Shown here: one piece after another, positions 39,299 through 51,720 of the stretch | Numbering within the stretch: the first letter of the stretch is position 1 | Layout: each line of letters begins with the position of its first letter | Source of the DNA: Ptychomitrium polyphyllum | Lineage: Eukaryota | Assembly: GCA_973851085.1 (NCBI GenBank) | Contig: OZ316775.1 | Coordinates: forward strand, 15,934,001 to 15,998,000 | Length of the DNA stretch: 64,000 bases | Reading direction: 5' to 3' | The notes under the pieces: model-generated | Told to the model about the DNA's origin: nothing | The model's database searches: none | Seen by the model: only the letters and a program-made list of their open reading frames with translations | Position numbers and translations under genes: made by a program

Positions 39299-42072
39299 TG
39301 TTGTGATGTATTCAGATGTACAGTTTAAAACTTAACTAGTACTTGTTATTTTGTAGACCTTAAATTATTATATTAGGAAAAGAGTATTAGGAAAAAAAAT
39401 TAATTGGATTAGAAAAGATTGTGGTGAAACCACAATTTTATTTATCATGGAAGTAAAATTGCATCTTGTCTTAATTCAAGGTCAATAGGCCGGTTGATTG
39501 TAAGGTTTTCTTGTCTGCCATTCTCGCTAACAATATTAAATCAAGTGCTGCTGTTCTATTCAACAAATCCATTAAAAATTGAACTTGGGCCAGTTCGATA
39601 GCTGAAACTTATCCAATCAACTAAGTTCATGACTTAGTGTCTGATCCTACTTTGATAATGATATTATTCTTAATCCGTTTCTTGTCAAACTTCAATCTTT
39701 ATTACACTTTTTGTTGTTAATTTAGTTTTTTAGTTCCTATTTTAGATTTGTAAGATTTGATTTTGTATTCTTTTGTGGTTTGAATCTAGAAGTTTAAATA
39801 AGTAGAAGAAAAAAAAAATAGCAAAAAAAAAAGATTTGAGTTGTTTTTTATTTAAAGATATGATTAGATAAGGATCTGAAGAAGGAAAATAGGAGTTGAT
39901 GTGGAGTGATAAGGGGCGGATGTGGCGTTTGATTACTCCCCTCTTTTTCTCTCTCAACCTCTACTACTTGAATAAAAAGGTAGCCCTTTTCTGGGTTATA
40001 TCTCATTGTACACTTTTTTACTTTCAATTGGTTTTTATTGGATTTTTATTCTTTTCTTTTAAGCTTTTCAAAAAACCATGACACGCTTCATTTGAAGTTA
40101 ATATGTAACCGTGGCACTAGTTTGAATAAAGTAGAGTCAACTGCCTTAAATTTTGAGAGCAACTACTTCAAATGTTTGCAACTTTTTGTAGAAATGATTT
40201 TTTATTATGAAATTTTTAGAATAGCATTTTGACTACTTTGAAATGACAGTGTAAAATTTCAAGAGTAACGGATTTTTATAGTAGGAGATATAAGAAAAAA
40301 ATGCAACCGGGGTTTGAGGGCTGTCGCAACCCTTGTAATGCACTTTAACAAACGTCAGGCATGTCAACCTTGTACACCCCCACATGCACATGGTTAACCT
40401 CCATTTTCACTCTCCAAGTCCCTCTACCATTTTTCTTAAGACACTCAATTGATTGGTAGCCATTGGTTTGATACGGACTTCTATTCATGTCCAAGGCTTC
40501 ACTTTGTATTATTCCCATTCTATACGGCCTAACCGTACTTAGTAGTGTCTCCTCACCACCACTCATGATTCCCATGTGATTCTAAGATCACCCCGGACCA
40601 TCATGGTGTCGACGTGAAGACACCATCCCAACTTAGTGGTAACAAGCGTGCCTTTATTATCTCACTAGTTCTCTTTGTAAAACCGGTCATCCACCGGCTC
40701 ACAATGGTGTGGGAGTCCCCGTAATGAAGCCCTAACATTAGTTCCACCAACCGGGATTCACCCTTGGTTTCTACCGGGACACTAGGGGAGTGGAGAGGGA
40801 AACCAGCCCTCCCCTATAGTACTCTTTGTGGGATTTTGTAGGCCCCCTGGCCTTCTGTAGCTGGCTAAACCCCGACACACCCAAAACTTTGGAAGACCAT
40901 CTGATCTCCCTTGGGACTTAGCTGCCGGAAGCCTTCGGGACTTTCTGCAGACCTTCAAGGAGCCATATCTTCCACGTCTAGTGTCTGAATCTATCAAGCG
41001 ACCACTTTATTGTCATTTACTCTTTGCGTAGATGCTGATAGACTCTTCAAACGTCTGATTCAACTTAGTACTCTAGGAGATATGCCTCTCCCAAGGTTCA
41101 GAACTCCCGGGGAATCCCTTCTTGGATTGTCGCAGTCCAGTACAGTCACTGTCTAGGAGTGCCACAATCCGGTCCAGCCCCTTGGCAATCCCAACTTTGG
41201 GATGCCATATCTTTTAGCTCCCTTGTCCGATTTGAGCAATCTTTAACATTTTAGAATCAGCTCTTCGTGAGTCCTCCAATGTCTACAATTTCTCCCTTGT
41301 GGCCCTCGGTTTACATGGATAAGGATATATCTCCTTCTCAAGGTCCTTCCCACGCTAGGCCCACTCGGTTCCCCTCATTATTGGCACCACAAGTCCCGCA
41401 CGTTACTCCGGGGTCCCCCTTGTGCCCTTATTGTTGCGGGCACTCCTGAAAGAGAGTTGCGCAACAAGGGCAGTATACAATCAAGTTCAAAGCTACATAT
41501 TTTGAACCATTGGAGATAATTGGAGGGGCTTTTAAGGCTGAAAGTTTGGTGAAATGTTTATTGTAAAAAAATTATGTATAAATAAAGTTTTAGATCTAGA
41601 TTTAATGTAGAAAAAAAATTATAGAATTTTGAAGTAAAGGGGGTGGGGGGGAAGGGGGGTAGGGGGGGGTCCAGGAGCTATGGTAGAAAGAATGAAATTT
41701 TTGAGACATGGTTTTTAACAACCATTTAGATTGTAAATAAGAGATTTTGAAGGTTGTATTTAGAAAGTCTTGTACTTATGTCATTAAAATCTTAAAATTA
41801 TAGGAACTTTAAGCTTTAAATTATAAAAGAATATGTAATTCAGATTTAAAGAAAAAAGAAATAAAATTGTTGATAAAGAGTTGAATTATTTCTTAAGATA
41901 GGTAAAAGAAGAATTAGAAAGTAGAAATTGAAGATGTAGAAATAGTTAATAAATAAATGGAAGTTGTAGTTTTTATTATAAAGTAAAAGTTATATAAAAA
42001 AAACCCTTGTATTTTATTAACTAGATTCAAAAAGACCCAACGTTAACTATATCAATCATTCTTACTATGACA
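39299..42072 (+). mobile_element. Long solo LTR, family C, copy 2 (interrupted by family D)
   Basis: TGTTGTGATG...CTATGACA, flanked by CTGT/TTGT. The integrase frame resumes across it (LIYC / IKLPKIFLIHNVFHV). Confidence 0.85.
40322..41466. mobile_element. Solo LTR, family D, 1145 bp, with perfect 5-bp TSD
   Basis: TGTCGCAAC...GTTGCGCAACA termini, flanked by AGGGC at 40317-40321 and 41467-41471. Visibly more GC-rich than the host LTR. Confidence 0.9.
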
Positions 42073-42136
42073 TTGTATTAAGCTGCCTAAAATATTTCTT
42101 ATTCACAACGTATTTCACGTGTTGTTGCTTAAACAA

Positions 42137-43722
42137 TGTTGTAGTAAGAGTAGGTCCTATAGGAAATGCTGGATCTTTTTACATCTAGTTAATCAAATAT
42201 ACATTTTTTTTTATATAACTTTTACTTCATAATAAAAACTACAACTTCCATATATTTATTAACTATTTCTACATCTTTTATTTATATTTATCAATTCTTC
42301 TTTTGCCCATCTTAAAAATAACCCAAGTCTTTATTAATAATTGTACTTCTTCTTTATTTTAAACTTGAATTATATATTCTCTTATATCTTCAAGCTCAAA
42401 GGTCTTATGCTCTTAAGATTTTAATGACATAAGTACAAGACTCTTTAAGTGCAACCCTCAAAATTTCTTATGTATAGTTTATGTTGTTGTTAAGAACCAT
42501 GTCTTTAAAAACTTCATTCTTTCTACCATAGTTCCTAGACCTCCTTTATACTTCATAATTCTATAATTTATAAATCTAAACTTCAAATTTTATGCATATA
42601 CCATCTATCTTACAATAAATACTTCTTTTAAACATCAATCTTAAAAGCCACTCCAATCATTTTTAATGGCTCAAAATGTATAACTCTGAACTTTGCTATG
42701 TATTGCCTTCAAAACCTAGTTACATTTTTTCTTATATTTTGTATTGTAGGAACCTATTACTCTTAAAATTTCTATACTATCATTTTAAAGTAGTCAAAAC
42801 ATTCTTATAAAAAATTTATAGTTAAAAATCATTTCTACAAAAAATTACAAGCATTCAAAGTAGCTACTCTCAGAAACTAGAGGAACTTCACTTTATTCAA
42901 ATTAGTGCTATTATCACATATTAACTCCAAAAAGAGCATGTGATGGCTTTTTAAAAAGTTTAAAAAGAAAAGAAAAAAAATCCAACAAAAATAAACTCAA
43001 ATTGAGAAGTATACAATGAACTATTACCTAAAGAAGGGTTATCTTTTTATTTAAGTGGGAGAGGCCGGGAGAGAAGAAGAGGGCGATAGTCAAATTGCCA
43101 CATCTGCCTCTTATCTCTTTACATCAGCTCCTATTTCCCTTTATCATATCCTTATTTAAACATATTTTTAAATAAAAAACAATTTAAATTCTTTTTTTTT
43201 GCTTTCTTTTCTTTTCTTTCTTTTGGTTGAAATTTCTAGATTCAAACTACAAAAGAAGACAAAGTTGATTTTTACAAATCTAAAATAGGAATTAAAAAAT
43301 TAAAATAAAAAACAAAAAGTATAAAAATGATTAAAGTTTGAAAAGAAACAAGTTAAGAATAATATCATCGTTGAAATAGAATCAGACATCAAGGCATGAA
43401 CTTGGTTGATTGGATAAGTTCTAGCTGTTGAATTGGTCCGAGTTTAATTTTTGTCAGATTTGTTGAGTAGAACGGCAACACTTAACTTGGTAATACTAGC
43501 ATGAATTACAAGCAAGAAAGTAGTCAACTGCCCTATTCACCTTGAGCTAAATCAAAATGCAATTCTACCTCCAAGATAAATAAAATTGTGGTTTCATCAC
43601 AGTCTTTTTTAGTTCATTTATATCTTTGTCCTGATAATTTTTTTCAAATATAATAATTTAAATTCCACAAAATAATAAATACTAGTTAAATTTTAAACTG
43701 TACAATTGAATATAGTACAACA
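42137..43722 (-). mobile_element. Long solo LTR, family C, copy 3 (inverted)
   Basis: Reverse complement of copy 2 over its length (e.g. ATGACATAAGTACAAGACT vs AGTCTTGTACTTATGTCAT). Termini TGTTGTAG...TACAACA. Confidence 0.85.
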
Positions 43723-43726
43723 ATGT

Positions 43727-44017
43727 TACTACCAAAACACCATCACGGGTTGCCGCAAGACACCCTTTCTATCAATTGTTACTCTGGACAGAGACATTAA
43801 AATGCAGGTGTACTAGGTTTTGGATTTGAGATTATTTGGTTGTTGGCAAAAGCTACATTACTTGGTTTCATAGAAGGAATACGGATCCATGGAGAATTCT
43901 TGGAAGCTAGTTATAAATTACAAAAACGCGCTTGATGCTGTTACGGAATTTCAAACGCTTTATACTCAAGCGCCAAAACCAAACCATAGAGGAAATTCAA
44001 TGCTAAGAAGGAGGTAC
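43727..44017 (+). pseudogene. Integrase C-terminal chromodomain remnant
   Basis: VY*VLDLRLFGCWQKLHYLVS*KEYGSMENSWKLVINYKNALDAVTEF..Y..APKP matches the chromodomain pattern YLVxWKGYxxxENSWEP. Confidence 0.88.
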
Positions 44018-45907
44018 TGTTACAAACTAAGTCGTATCAGCTAGCTTGAATGATTACTAGCAACAACGATTACAATGATTATGGAAGGAGTATTTGGCCA
44101 TCTCACAGCTTAAAGAGCCATGTGAGGAGACATGTTCTTTATGCAATATTTGTTTATATAGAATACTAAATTTGATGCAATCTACGTACTGTGGCAATAG
44201 TTGTCATGAGTTTGGTCTTAGTGCTATCCTCGATCCATAACACTAAACTTTCTAAGAATCTTTTTAAATGCTTCTAATATATATGTCTCTAACAACAATG
44301 GAATAAGTGTAAAATTACTTTGTTAATTAATAAAAAACCAATCTTGATCAATAATGACAATTATTGGAAAAAAAATGTTTTTATCTTTAAACAATTTGTT
44401 GGCCTTGATAGTATAGTTATTTGTAAAAGAGGTGAAAATTATTCTCAAGAATTATGTACTTCTAAGCATATTGAGATCATAAGTAATCACCCTTTAAGAA
44501 TTAAAGATTTGTTAAGTGCTATTGCTTAAAGGCAATTGGCCATATCTGCTAATAATATTTGAAAATCCAAATATACTTTATTACTTTAAATTCCTATGGA
44601 TCTCCTTAAAGATCTTTCAGTGGGTCTCTTTAGGAATTTCTAGTTAAGGAGTTAAGTAGAATCTTTAATTAGACTTATAATATTTTTAAAGAAGAAGCCA
44701 TAAACATTTTATTGGACTCAAGAACTTATATGCCTTCTACTAGGAAGCATCAATAAGAGTTGGAAAAGTCTATAAAATCCATTAATGGATTTTTATCTAA
44801 TTCTTCCAATTAATTCAAAATTTTCCTTAGTCTTTTCTTATGTTTATTAGAATTAATATCACTAAGAATACCAATTTTTTCAAAAGTAAAGGACTACTCT
44901 TTTTATGTCTAGAAATAAAAATAAATATAAGATCTTTATCTTGGATTGTTTCTTTACAAGAAGAGCTTTTTATATGTTCCATTTTATAAGAAGACATTAA
45001 TTTGTTACATTAAGTAGGTTAAGAAGAGAATTGGACACAAAGTCTTAATAGATAGTTTAGATTGCTTGCATATGATCTTAAGGCAAGTATTGAATTGTGG
45101 CTTTTAAGTGGCGTAGAAAGAAATGGGCACCTAAAGGTATTCCTTTCATCCTATAATATATGTGCTAAAATATAGTAATACCACTAACAATTGATGAACA
45201 TGTAATATATAATAAAATTCTTTGCTTATTTTACATTGTACATTTTCTAAGATCAAATAAAATTTAGCTAATACACTTTTAAGTAGGTTGTATTTAGTTG
45301 TTGCAAAAGGCTATTGAGGCAATGAATTATGATCAATGCTTAATAACTCAGTGAGATCAAATAATAATATGTTTCATTCAATAATTATATAACAAAAATG
45401 ATTTCCATTTTCATAAAAGTTTTAAGTGATAAAAATTGTAATCATATTTAGATTTAGAAATAAATGGATTAGAATAATTGTCTACTTCATTTATTTTTGT
45501 CTTAATTTTTATAAAAATCCTTATGACTTTTGGAGATGGATTTTTAAATATTGCTTATTTTTCAATTTATCCATGAAGATATTTGTTTGCTTTTTTTTAT
45601 ACACAAAGGCTTGGTTTAATAAAAAATGCAATATTCATAAACATGTATGTAAGTATAGGTGTTTAATTTGGAAATACAATGTGCATAAATATAAAAATAA
45701 TAAATAATAAATAAAGTAAAATAAAATAATAAAAATGTGTATATATATATTATGCATGAGGTGCGTTTACCGTCCTACAGTAGGACTAATGAAGCACACA
45801 CAACACGAATATGAAGCGGATACGAAGCATGGTCTTGGGGCATGACACGGTCATGACGGCTCGACAGCGGTGGCTGGTCACGATCTCCAGAAGCTGTGAG
45901 TCTTATG

Positions 45908-46430
45908 TTAGGGTTTCGAAGACAGGTGGCGACTGCGAAGGAGCCGATCGATGACAACATGGTCCATCCGACAGTCATTATTTGTCCTGACTTTCGATTC
46001 CGTTGTTTCGTGCAATTAGAGATGCGGTTTTAGCAGTTTTGGTGCGAATTTGTTACTGAAGTCATTGGAATGTAGGTTTCGAGGACGGTGATTGCTGCGT
46101 TCTGGTGAGTGTTCAGGTTGTTTGATGAACTGTATGCATTTGAAACTGGTGGTTTCCAGGTTCAGCATTGATGACTAAGGTTCAGTTCGTGCTCTGATTA
46201 GGTTGTTGCGCATCATGAGGCAAACAGGGGTGGCGCTGTTACGTTCCCTTTTAGGAGAACGCTTGTTGCAGAGTACTTGCTGTCGGGGCAGGGTTTTGCA
46301 GTCGGCTTTGGTTCACGGGCGTGACCATTTGCGTAAGATTCCGAGCCGTTTTTTGAATAGAGTTGTAGCGTAAGTTGTTCAATTCATGGCTCATCGAATT
46401 CTAGGCATCGATGCGAGGGTTTAGGGTTTA
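45908..46430 (+). promoter_or_regulatory. Telo-box motifs in the 5' region of the NHL gene
   Basis: TTAGGGTTT at 45908-45916 and AGGGTTTAGGGTTTA at 46416-46430 (first coding intron). Confidence 0.4.
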
Positions 46431-49400
46431 AGGTTATGCGACGTCGGGGTTTAGGATGACTTTGTTTTGAAAACTAACTGCAAGCATTATGGCGTTGCTT
46501 TGTCGGTTGCAGATTGTACAAAGCATTTTCGTGCACGTTGGCTGAGTACATTGGATGTTGTCCAGCTTGATCGTGCAGGAACTTCCAAAATTCCCAGGCA
46601 GATGCTACCGGACGTCCAGCATGGTTCAATAATACAGCAATTTGAGCATGATTATGAGTCACTTCTGTGCTACCCTCGTAAGAATTTTCTCTTCCTGTCA
46701 GTGGTTCTATTCTGCAGGAAGTTGTACGATCTATAGCCGTATAGAATGTATGCACTAACGAGTCAAGCGTCTGTCACAGGTGGCATATCAACATGCTCAG
46801 AAGAGGAGTTGGTGTTTATCTCAGATAGTCTTCACAACCGCATTATCATCACGGATGGAAGTGGAGGAGTGCTTGATTATGTAGGACATGCTCCGCGTAG
46901 CTTGAGCTATGTTATGTTGTACCTGAGCTGGTGGACTAGGTTGTTAGTACATATCTTTCTGATTGTTGCTGTGTCATCGTTGCTTAATGATACTGGTAGT
47001 TTGTGTAGCGTGCTTAGTAAATATTGTTTGTTCATATTGCCACTACCAAGTCTAAGGATGCAACTAAGAAGGTTATGCTTGCAGATTGGTTCATTTGGAG
47101 GTTTTGAGGATGGCCCTTTTGAGTCAGCGAGGTTACGAAGACCCTCATCTATTGTATATGATATCAAACAGAAGTGCCTATACATTGCCGATTGCGAGGT
47201 ACCGTTTTTATTATATTGTCGTAAGCATTTGCAAATAATGCTCGTTAGAACCCACTGTTTGCGATCACTAGTGATGGTGTTTGAAAAGCGTTTATGGCCA
47301 TAACAATTTGTATCATTTTGTACTTCTGGGTTTATGCAGAACCATGCCATACGGAGGGCGGATCTTTCCTCTAGAATGCTGCATACTGTTTATCCCAAAC
47401 AAGACAAACCGCAAGGCCTAGTACAGAGGTGGCTACGTGGATTGGGGTTTATGCAAAATTCCTTACAAAGAAGCGAGAAAGTTTCTAGTGAACATCAAAT
47501 TTCTTATCCCTGGCATCTCTCCATTGTGCATAGCGGGCATATTATTGCTGCAACACAGGGGTGAGTCAAGGTTTGTTACGAGCACCTACCTTCTAGCGAA
47601 TCCATGTTTATGCTTTGATTGTGGTTTATTATTAAGCCCTTCAAAGTCTTGGCTCTTGCTACGAGTTCAACTTTTAAAGTAGATCTACGTTCCATAAATT
47701 TAGTACCTTATCTTTCCTTCCTCTGTTGTTTTCCAGGTTCGAAAAAATGTGGACGATCGAAGTTGATACTGGAGCAGTGACCGTAGAGCCTGATCAAGGT
47801 TCCTCTTCTATTCCGAGAGTGAACTCTATTGCCTGTTTAAACAGTAGATTTTAAACTCATAATATTTATCTACATAAGATTTGCCATTAACAGCCAGGGT
47901 TCTTCTTTGATTAGTTCGGGTTGCCACTGACTTATAGCCTCCTTTGATTCTGAAGGGCAGAACGGGCAACAATTTTCAAGAAGCTGATGGAATTAAAAGC
48001 TGCCGAGTTAAAGGACAGCGGTGTGGACTGGATGCATGTGCATGAAACGCTCGTCAGCAAAGGCTTGGCGTGTGAGGAGCTATCTAATCTAGTGTCACAG
48101 GCGGCAGTGCTGAAACGTGCAGCCCTTCTCATAGATGCAGGTATCTCATTTTTATTATCACATTCCATCTGCATATAGTCAGGAGTCATTGAATTGTTGG
48201 CTGTTGTGCCAGACTTATGTCCCATTGGTGTCACATACCTACACTAATTGTGTTCAGTTAGCCTGGAAGATTCGCTTTTTGATATGAACTTTTTCGTTCT
48301 GTAGAGATGCATCAAGTTTTGAGGCTAGACTTGAGCAATGGACAACTGTCCACCATGCAATTTTCGAATGTTGCGCTTCTTGGTCTGCCTGCATGGTGGT
48401 CTTCTGACGATCCGCAAGCTGCAAGCAGGTTTGTCTTAGCAGGGAATTCTTAAAATTTTGCTTTGCCTTGTCTGCTTACAGTGTTTGATTTGTTTGAACA
48501 ACCTCAAATGGTTCGTTGTGAAACTATGTTTATAATGTTGCTGTTCTCAACATGGACAGGTTCTCATCTTAGCAACTGTAGCTACGCTTTAATTTCCTGG
48601 ATCTTTTGGTCTTTGCAGTCTGGAACGTTTGCACCAGGATAGACCTCAAGAGGCCATTATTACATTTGAGGTTCAACCTGGTACGATGTTTGCCAGAAGG
48701 CCCAGCAAATGTTTTCTTGCTTGCTTAGAATGAAACGTTGATTTTTTTGTAAAACTGCAAACTGGACCTTTATTGAGCGTTCAAAATCTGATAGTCTCTT
48801 GTTTTTGGGATACATCCAGGTCGGTGTTTGATCGGTATAGATGTAGCTTTGCCAGGAGGCACAGTTCTGGCTGAGACGCTCACAGAGGACTGTGTATGGC
48901 GCCAAGGCAGGGGCAGTTTAGTGGAGCTCTCAACTTTTGATGGCGAGCTCATAACTCAGAAGGTATCATCCAATTTGCCTTAATGTTTTGAGCTCATATT
49001 TTGATCTGTTTAGTTACATTTGTAAGCTGATTGATATGATTTTTGCAGGTCACTGTCGCTCAGCAATATTTGGATGACCTTTACATACTGGAAGGCACAA
49101 ATGAAAGTAAGACTGAAGAAGATCTTGCAGAAGATATGCCCGTCCTAGAGCAGTCGCCGAGTGGGCTGCCGTTCTACTCCTCTGTAGATGTCAGTCTCGG
49201 AACTGGAGAAGTGAGCCATTTAAAAAATTACACTCCCAGCATTTCGAAGTCTAGAACGTCAAAATGTGTAAAAAGTGTTGTTAATTGTTAGCACTAGACT
49301 ATTTCGACAGAATAACTTCTGGTTCTTTTAAATTTTGACTTATAAGAGTCAGCTCTTTACTGAGTGTATTTTGAGGATACCCTGATTTAGGGGTCAAGTG

Positions 49401-49721
49401 TAGGAATGAACAGTGACGAGAAGCATTCAAGTCTAAGCGTCCACTTCTGAAGATGTGTTCTTTCTGTTGCAGGTTGTTTTTGATGCCGTTTTGTATCTAA
49501 AGCGTGAAAGCTTGGCAGGCTCTGATAGTACACCAAGTTCTTTCCATAACGGTGATAGCCACATTGGCCATCCGAAGAAGGTAACTTTGCCTTCTAGCCA
49601 GAAGTTGAAAGATTTTCCTGATGGAGCTTTAATGGTGAAGCATCTTAGTTTTCGAGTGAAGTGTAAAGCGTCTGCAGATGCTCCTCGAACTAGTATGGTG
49701 CTAGTAAATGTGCAGCTTTAA
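46215..49721 (+). CDS. NHL-repeat (beta-propeller) protein, NHLRC2/SOQ1-related plant family, possibly organellar; exons approx. 46215-46332, 46513-46677, 46780-46880, 47085-47198, 47340-47560, 47737-47798, ~47960-48140, 48305-48428, 48620-48680, 48820-48962, 49049-49210, 49473-49721
   Basis: Spliced translation: LLCYPRGIS...VFISDSLHNRIIITD, IGSFGGFEDGPFESARLRRP, LYIADCENHAIRRAD, YPWHL, CVWRQGRG, VAQQYLDDL. Arg/Leu/Ser-rich N-terminus. Acceptor of exon 7 is uncertain. Confidence 0.85.
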
Positions 49722-50479
49722 CGCCGCTATGTTACCTTTTCTTTGGATGTCTATTTTTCGTGGTGGCCTCTGAAAATCATCGAATTTCATTAGCTTCACA
49801 GTGTCCTCATCTTCAGATCACAATCTTTAATTGCAAGTTGTTCACGGTATAGCTGTAGAGTTTCTGAAGTTAGAAGAAGTCAATTCAATGCTTGGATTTT
49901 TTCGGTTCAGTCTGGTGCTTATCATATATTCGGTTGAATTAAACATTCTGAAACTATGAATATCTCCAACTCACTCCTGGAAATTCTTGCGACTAGCTCC
50001 CCATCGAGAGGAACATGCAATTAAAGCGGCCTGATAAGTAGACATGCCCTCTCAAGCATTCTTGCTAGCAGATTCTTGTTCCTATCAGTTCTCTGCTGAG
50101 TGCTATGAGCTGGCCCATTGAGGGTGTGTGTGACTATCTGTCAATTATATGCAGTTTGTGAGATTTGCAGCCATGCTTTGTCGGTTACTCAGCTTGGGTG
50201 CTGTGAGAGGCATTTTGCAGTCTTCTCCAAACTGGAGTGCAGGCCTCCTGTGGCAACGAGATTGAGATCCCTAACTATGGTTGTAGGTGCACAGCCCTCA
50301 CCGAAGATCCTGAATGTAAAAGGGATCGGCCTGCTGACCTCATGATCGTGCTGCAGGTAATGTCAAAAGTTCGGCACATCTTTGTAATCTTCATACATCT
50401 AAGACTCTCAGTCCTGCGTAATTCAGCCGTAACTCTGCTTCTTTAGGGACATCATCGTCTTCTGATGGAGTTTCAATAT

Positions 50480-51720
50480 TTAGTAGCAGTGAATAAAATT
50501 TCTAATATACTTGGTGGTCAAGTCGATCTCTAAGGCGTTGTAACGTCCTAGACCAACAAAATAATCCCCTGCTTCATGTGACAACGGCAACGCAGGCCTC
50601 TCAAACACGCGGTCAACTGGTACTGTCCAGTGGCCTTCCTGCATTCGCAACGCTTTTGCCATAAAAGGCCGCATGGACACCAAGACGTGTGCGTACAGCA
50701 TTCCCACCAGCACAAACCTCATCATCACTGCCTTGGTTTGATTGTTTTCGACTCTACTACAGATCCTTGCGTCGATAACCTCGAAAGGATGCTTGTTTAC
50801 AACTAGCGCCCAAGCCCAGTTGGTGATCAAGTAACTCGAGGTACGGGAATCTGTTGAAGTACCATTTGGCGACTCCTGCATCGACGACTCTTGACGTGCC
50901 CACGTGCCTATGTGGGTGTAGAGCATCCGCTGAGGAGCTCAAGAAGACAGCTACCGAAACTGTAAACGTCGCTCTCCTAAGTGAGTTGCCCATACAAAGC
51001 GTACTCCGGTGCTACGTGGCCAAGCGTGCCCTTGATGTGAGAAATGAGAGGAAACGAATCGTCATAAGCAAATTTTGCCAAGCCGAAGTCTGCGACGTGG
51101 GCGTACAACTGATCGTCGAGTAAAACATTGCTTGCTTTGATTTCACGATGAATGATTTGCAGTTGTGCGTCAACGGGGAGGTAGGCCAGCCCTTGCGCAA
51201 CCCAAATGGCGATATTGCGGTGTTGCTCCCAAGTCAGGATTAGGTTATCCTCGTCGCAGAGAAAATCAGCCAAGCTGCGATTGGGTATGTAGTTGTACAT
51301 GAGGATGCGTTGATGGTCGAAGCGCTTGCTGCTCGCAATGCAACAACCCAACGGTTGACAGATTCCTGTGCCTGAATTTGCTCAGTTCCTCCACCTCGTT
51401 CAAGAAATTCATATCTCCTTCGGGTGTGCAGTTCTTGAATTGCTTCACTGCAATAGTGCGACCATCTTTGAGCACGCCTTTGTAACGCTACCATAACCTC
51501 CTCCAAGCAGGGCTTCTTGTGAGGATCCTGCTGTGGCAGCTTTCAGCGCTGCCCAATTGTATCACAGCATTGAGGTATGGTACAACAGCATTCTGTGGTT
51601 TCTGAGCAAAACTTCTCAATGAATGGCGCTTTCCTGATGGCGCCACCACGCCTAAAGGTATAGCCCAACCCCAATGCTCATCAAGACGGCCGCACCTACT
51701 CTCATGAATACTTTGACAAC
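50480..51720 (-). pseudogene. Intronless RKF3-like receptor kinase pseudogene
   Basis: Pieces in different frames: TM (VGAAVLMSIGVGLYL*), GGGYGSV / KGVL, IAVKQFKNCTPEGDMNFLNEVE, HQRILMYNY, IIHREIKASNVLLD, ADFGLAK, APEYALYGQLT*ESDVYSFG, YLITNWAW, MMRFVLVGML. Several frameshifts and in-frame stops. Confidence 0.88.

Larger units (their letters stand above)
33506..44242 (+). mobile_element. Degenerate Ty3/Gypsy chromovirus (family B) with nested insertions; LTRs about 33506-33742 and 44018-44242
   Basis: Two diverged direct repeats both end in TCCAT(G/A)ACA. A purine tract AAGAAGGAGGTAC precedes the 3' LTR. gag, integrase and chromodomain remnants lie between them in the correct order on the + strand. 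Confidence 0.75.

Noticed and set aside
44320..44529. SKHIEI resembling Copia RNase H (TKHIDI)
   Set aside because: Flanking DNxxA and ADxxTK motifs are absent, so it is likely chance.
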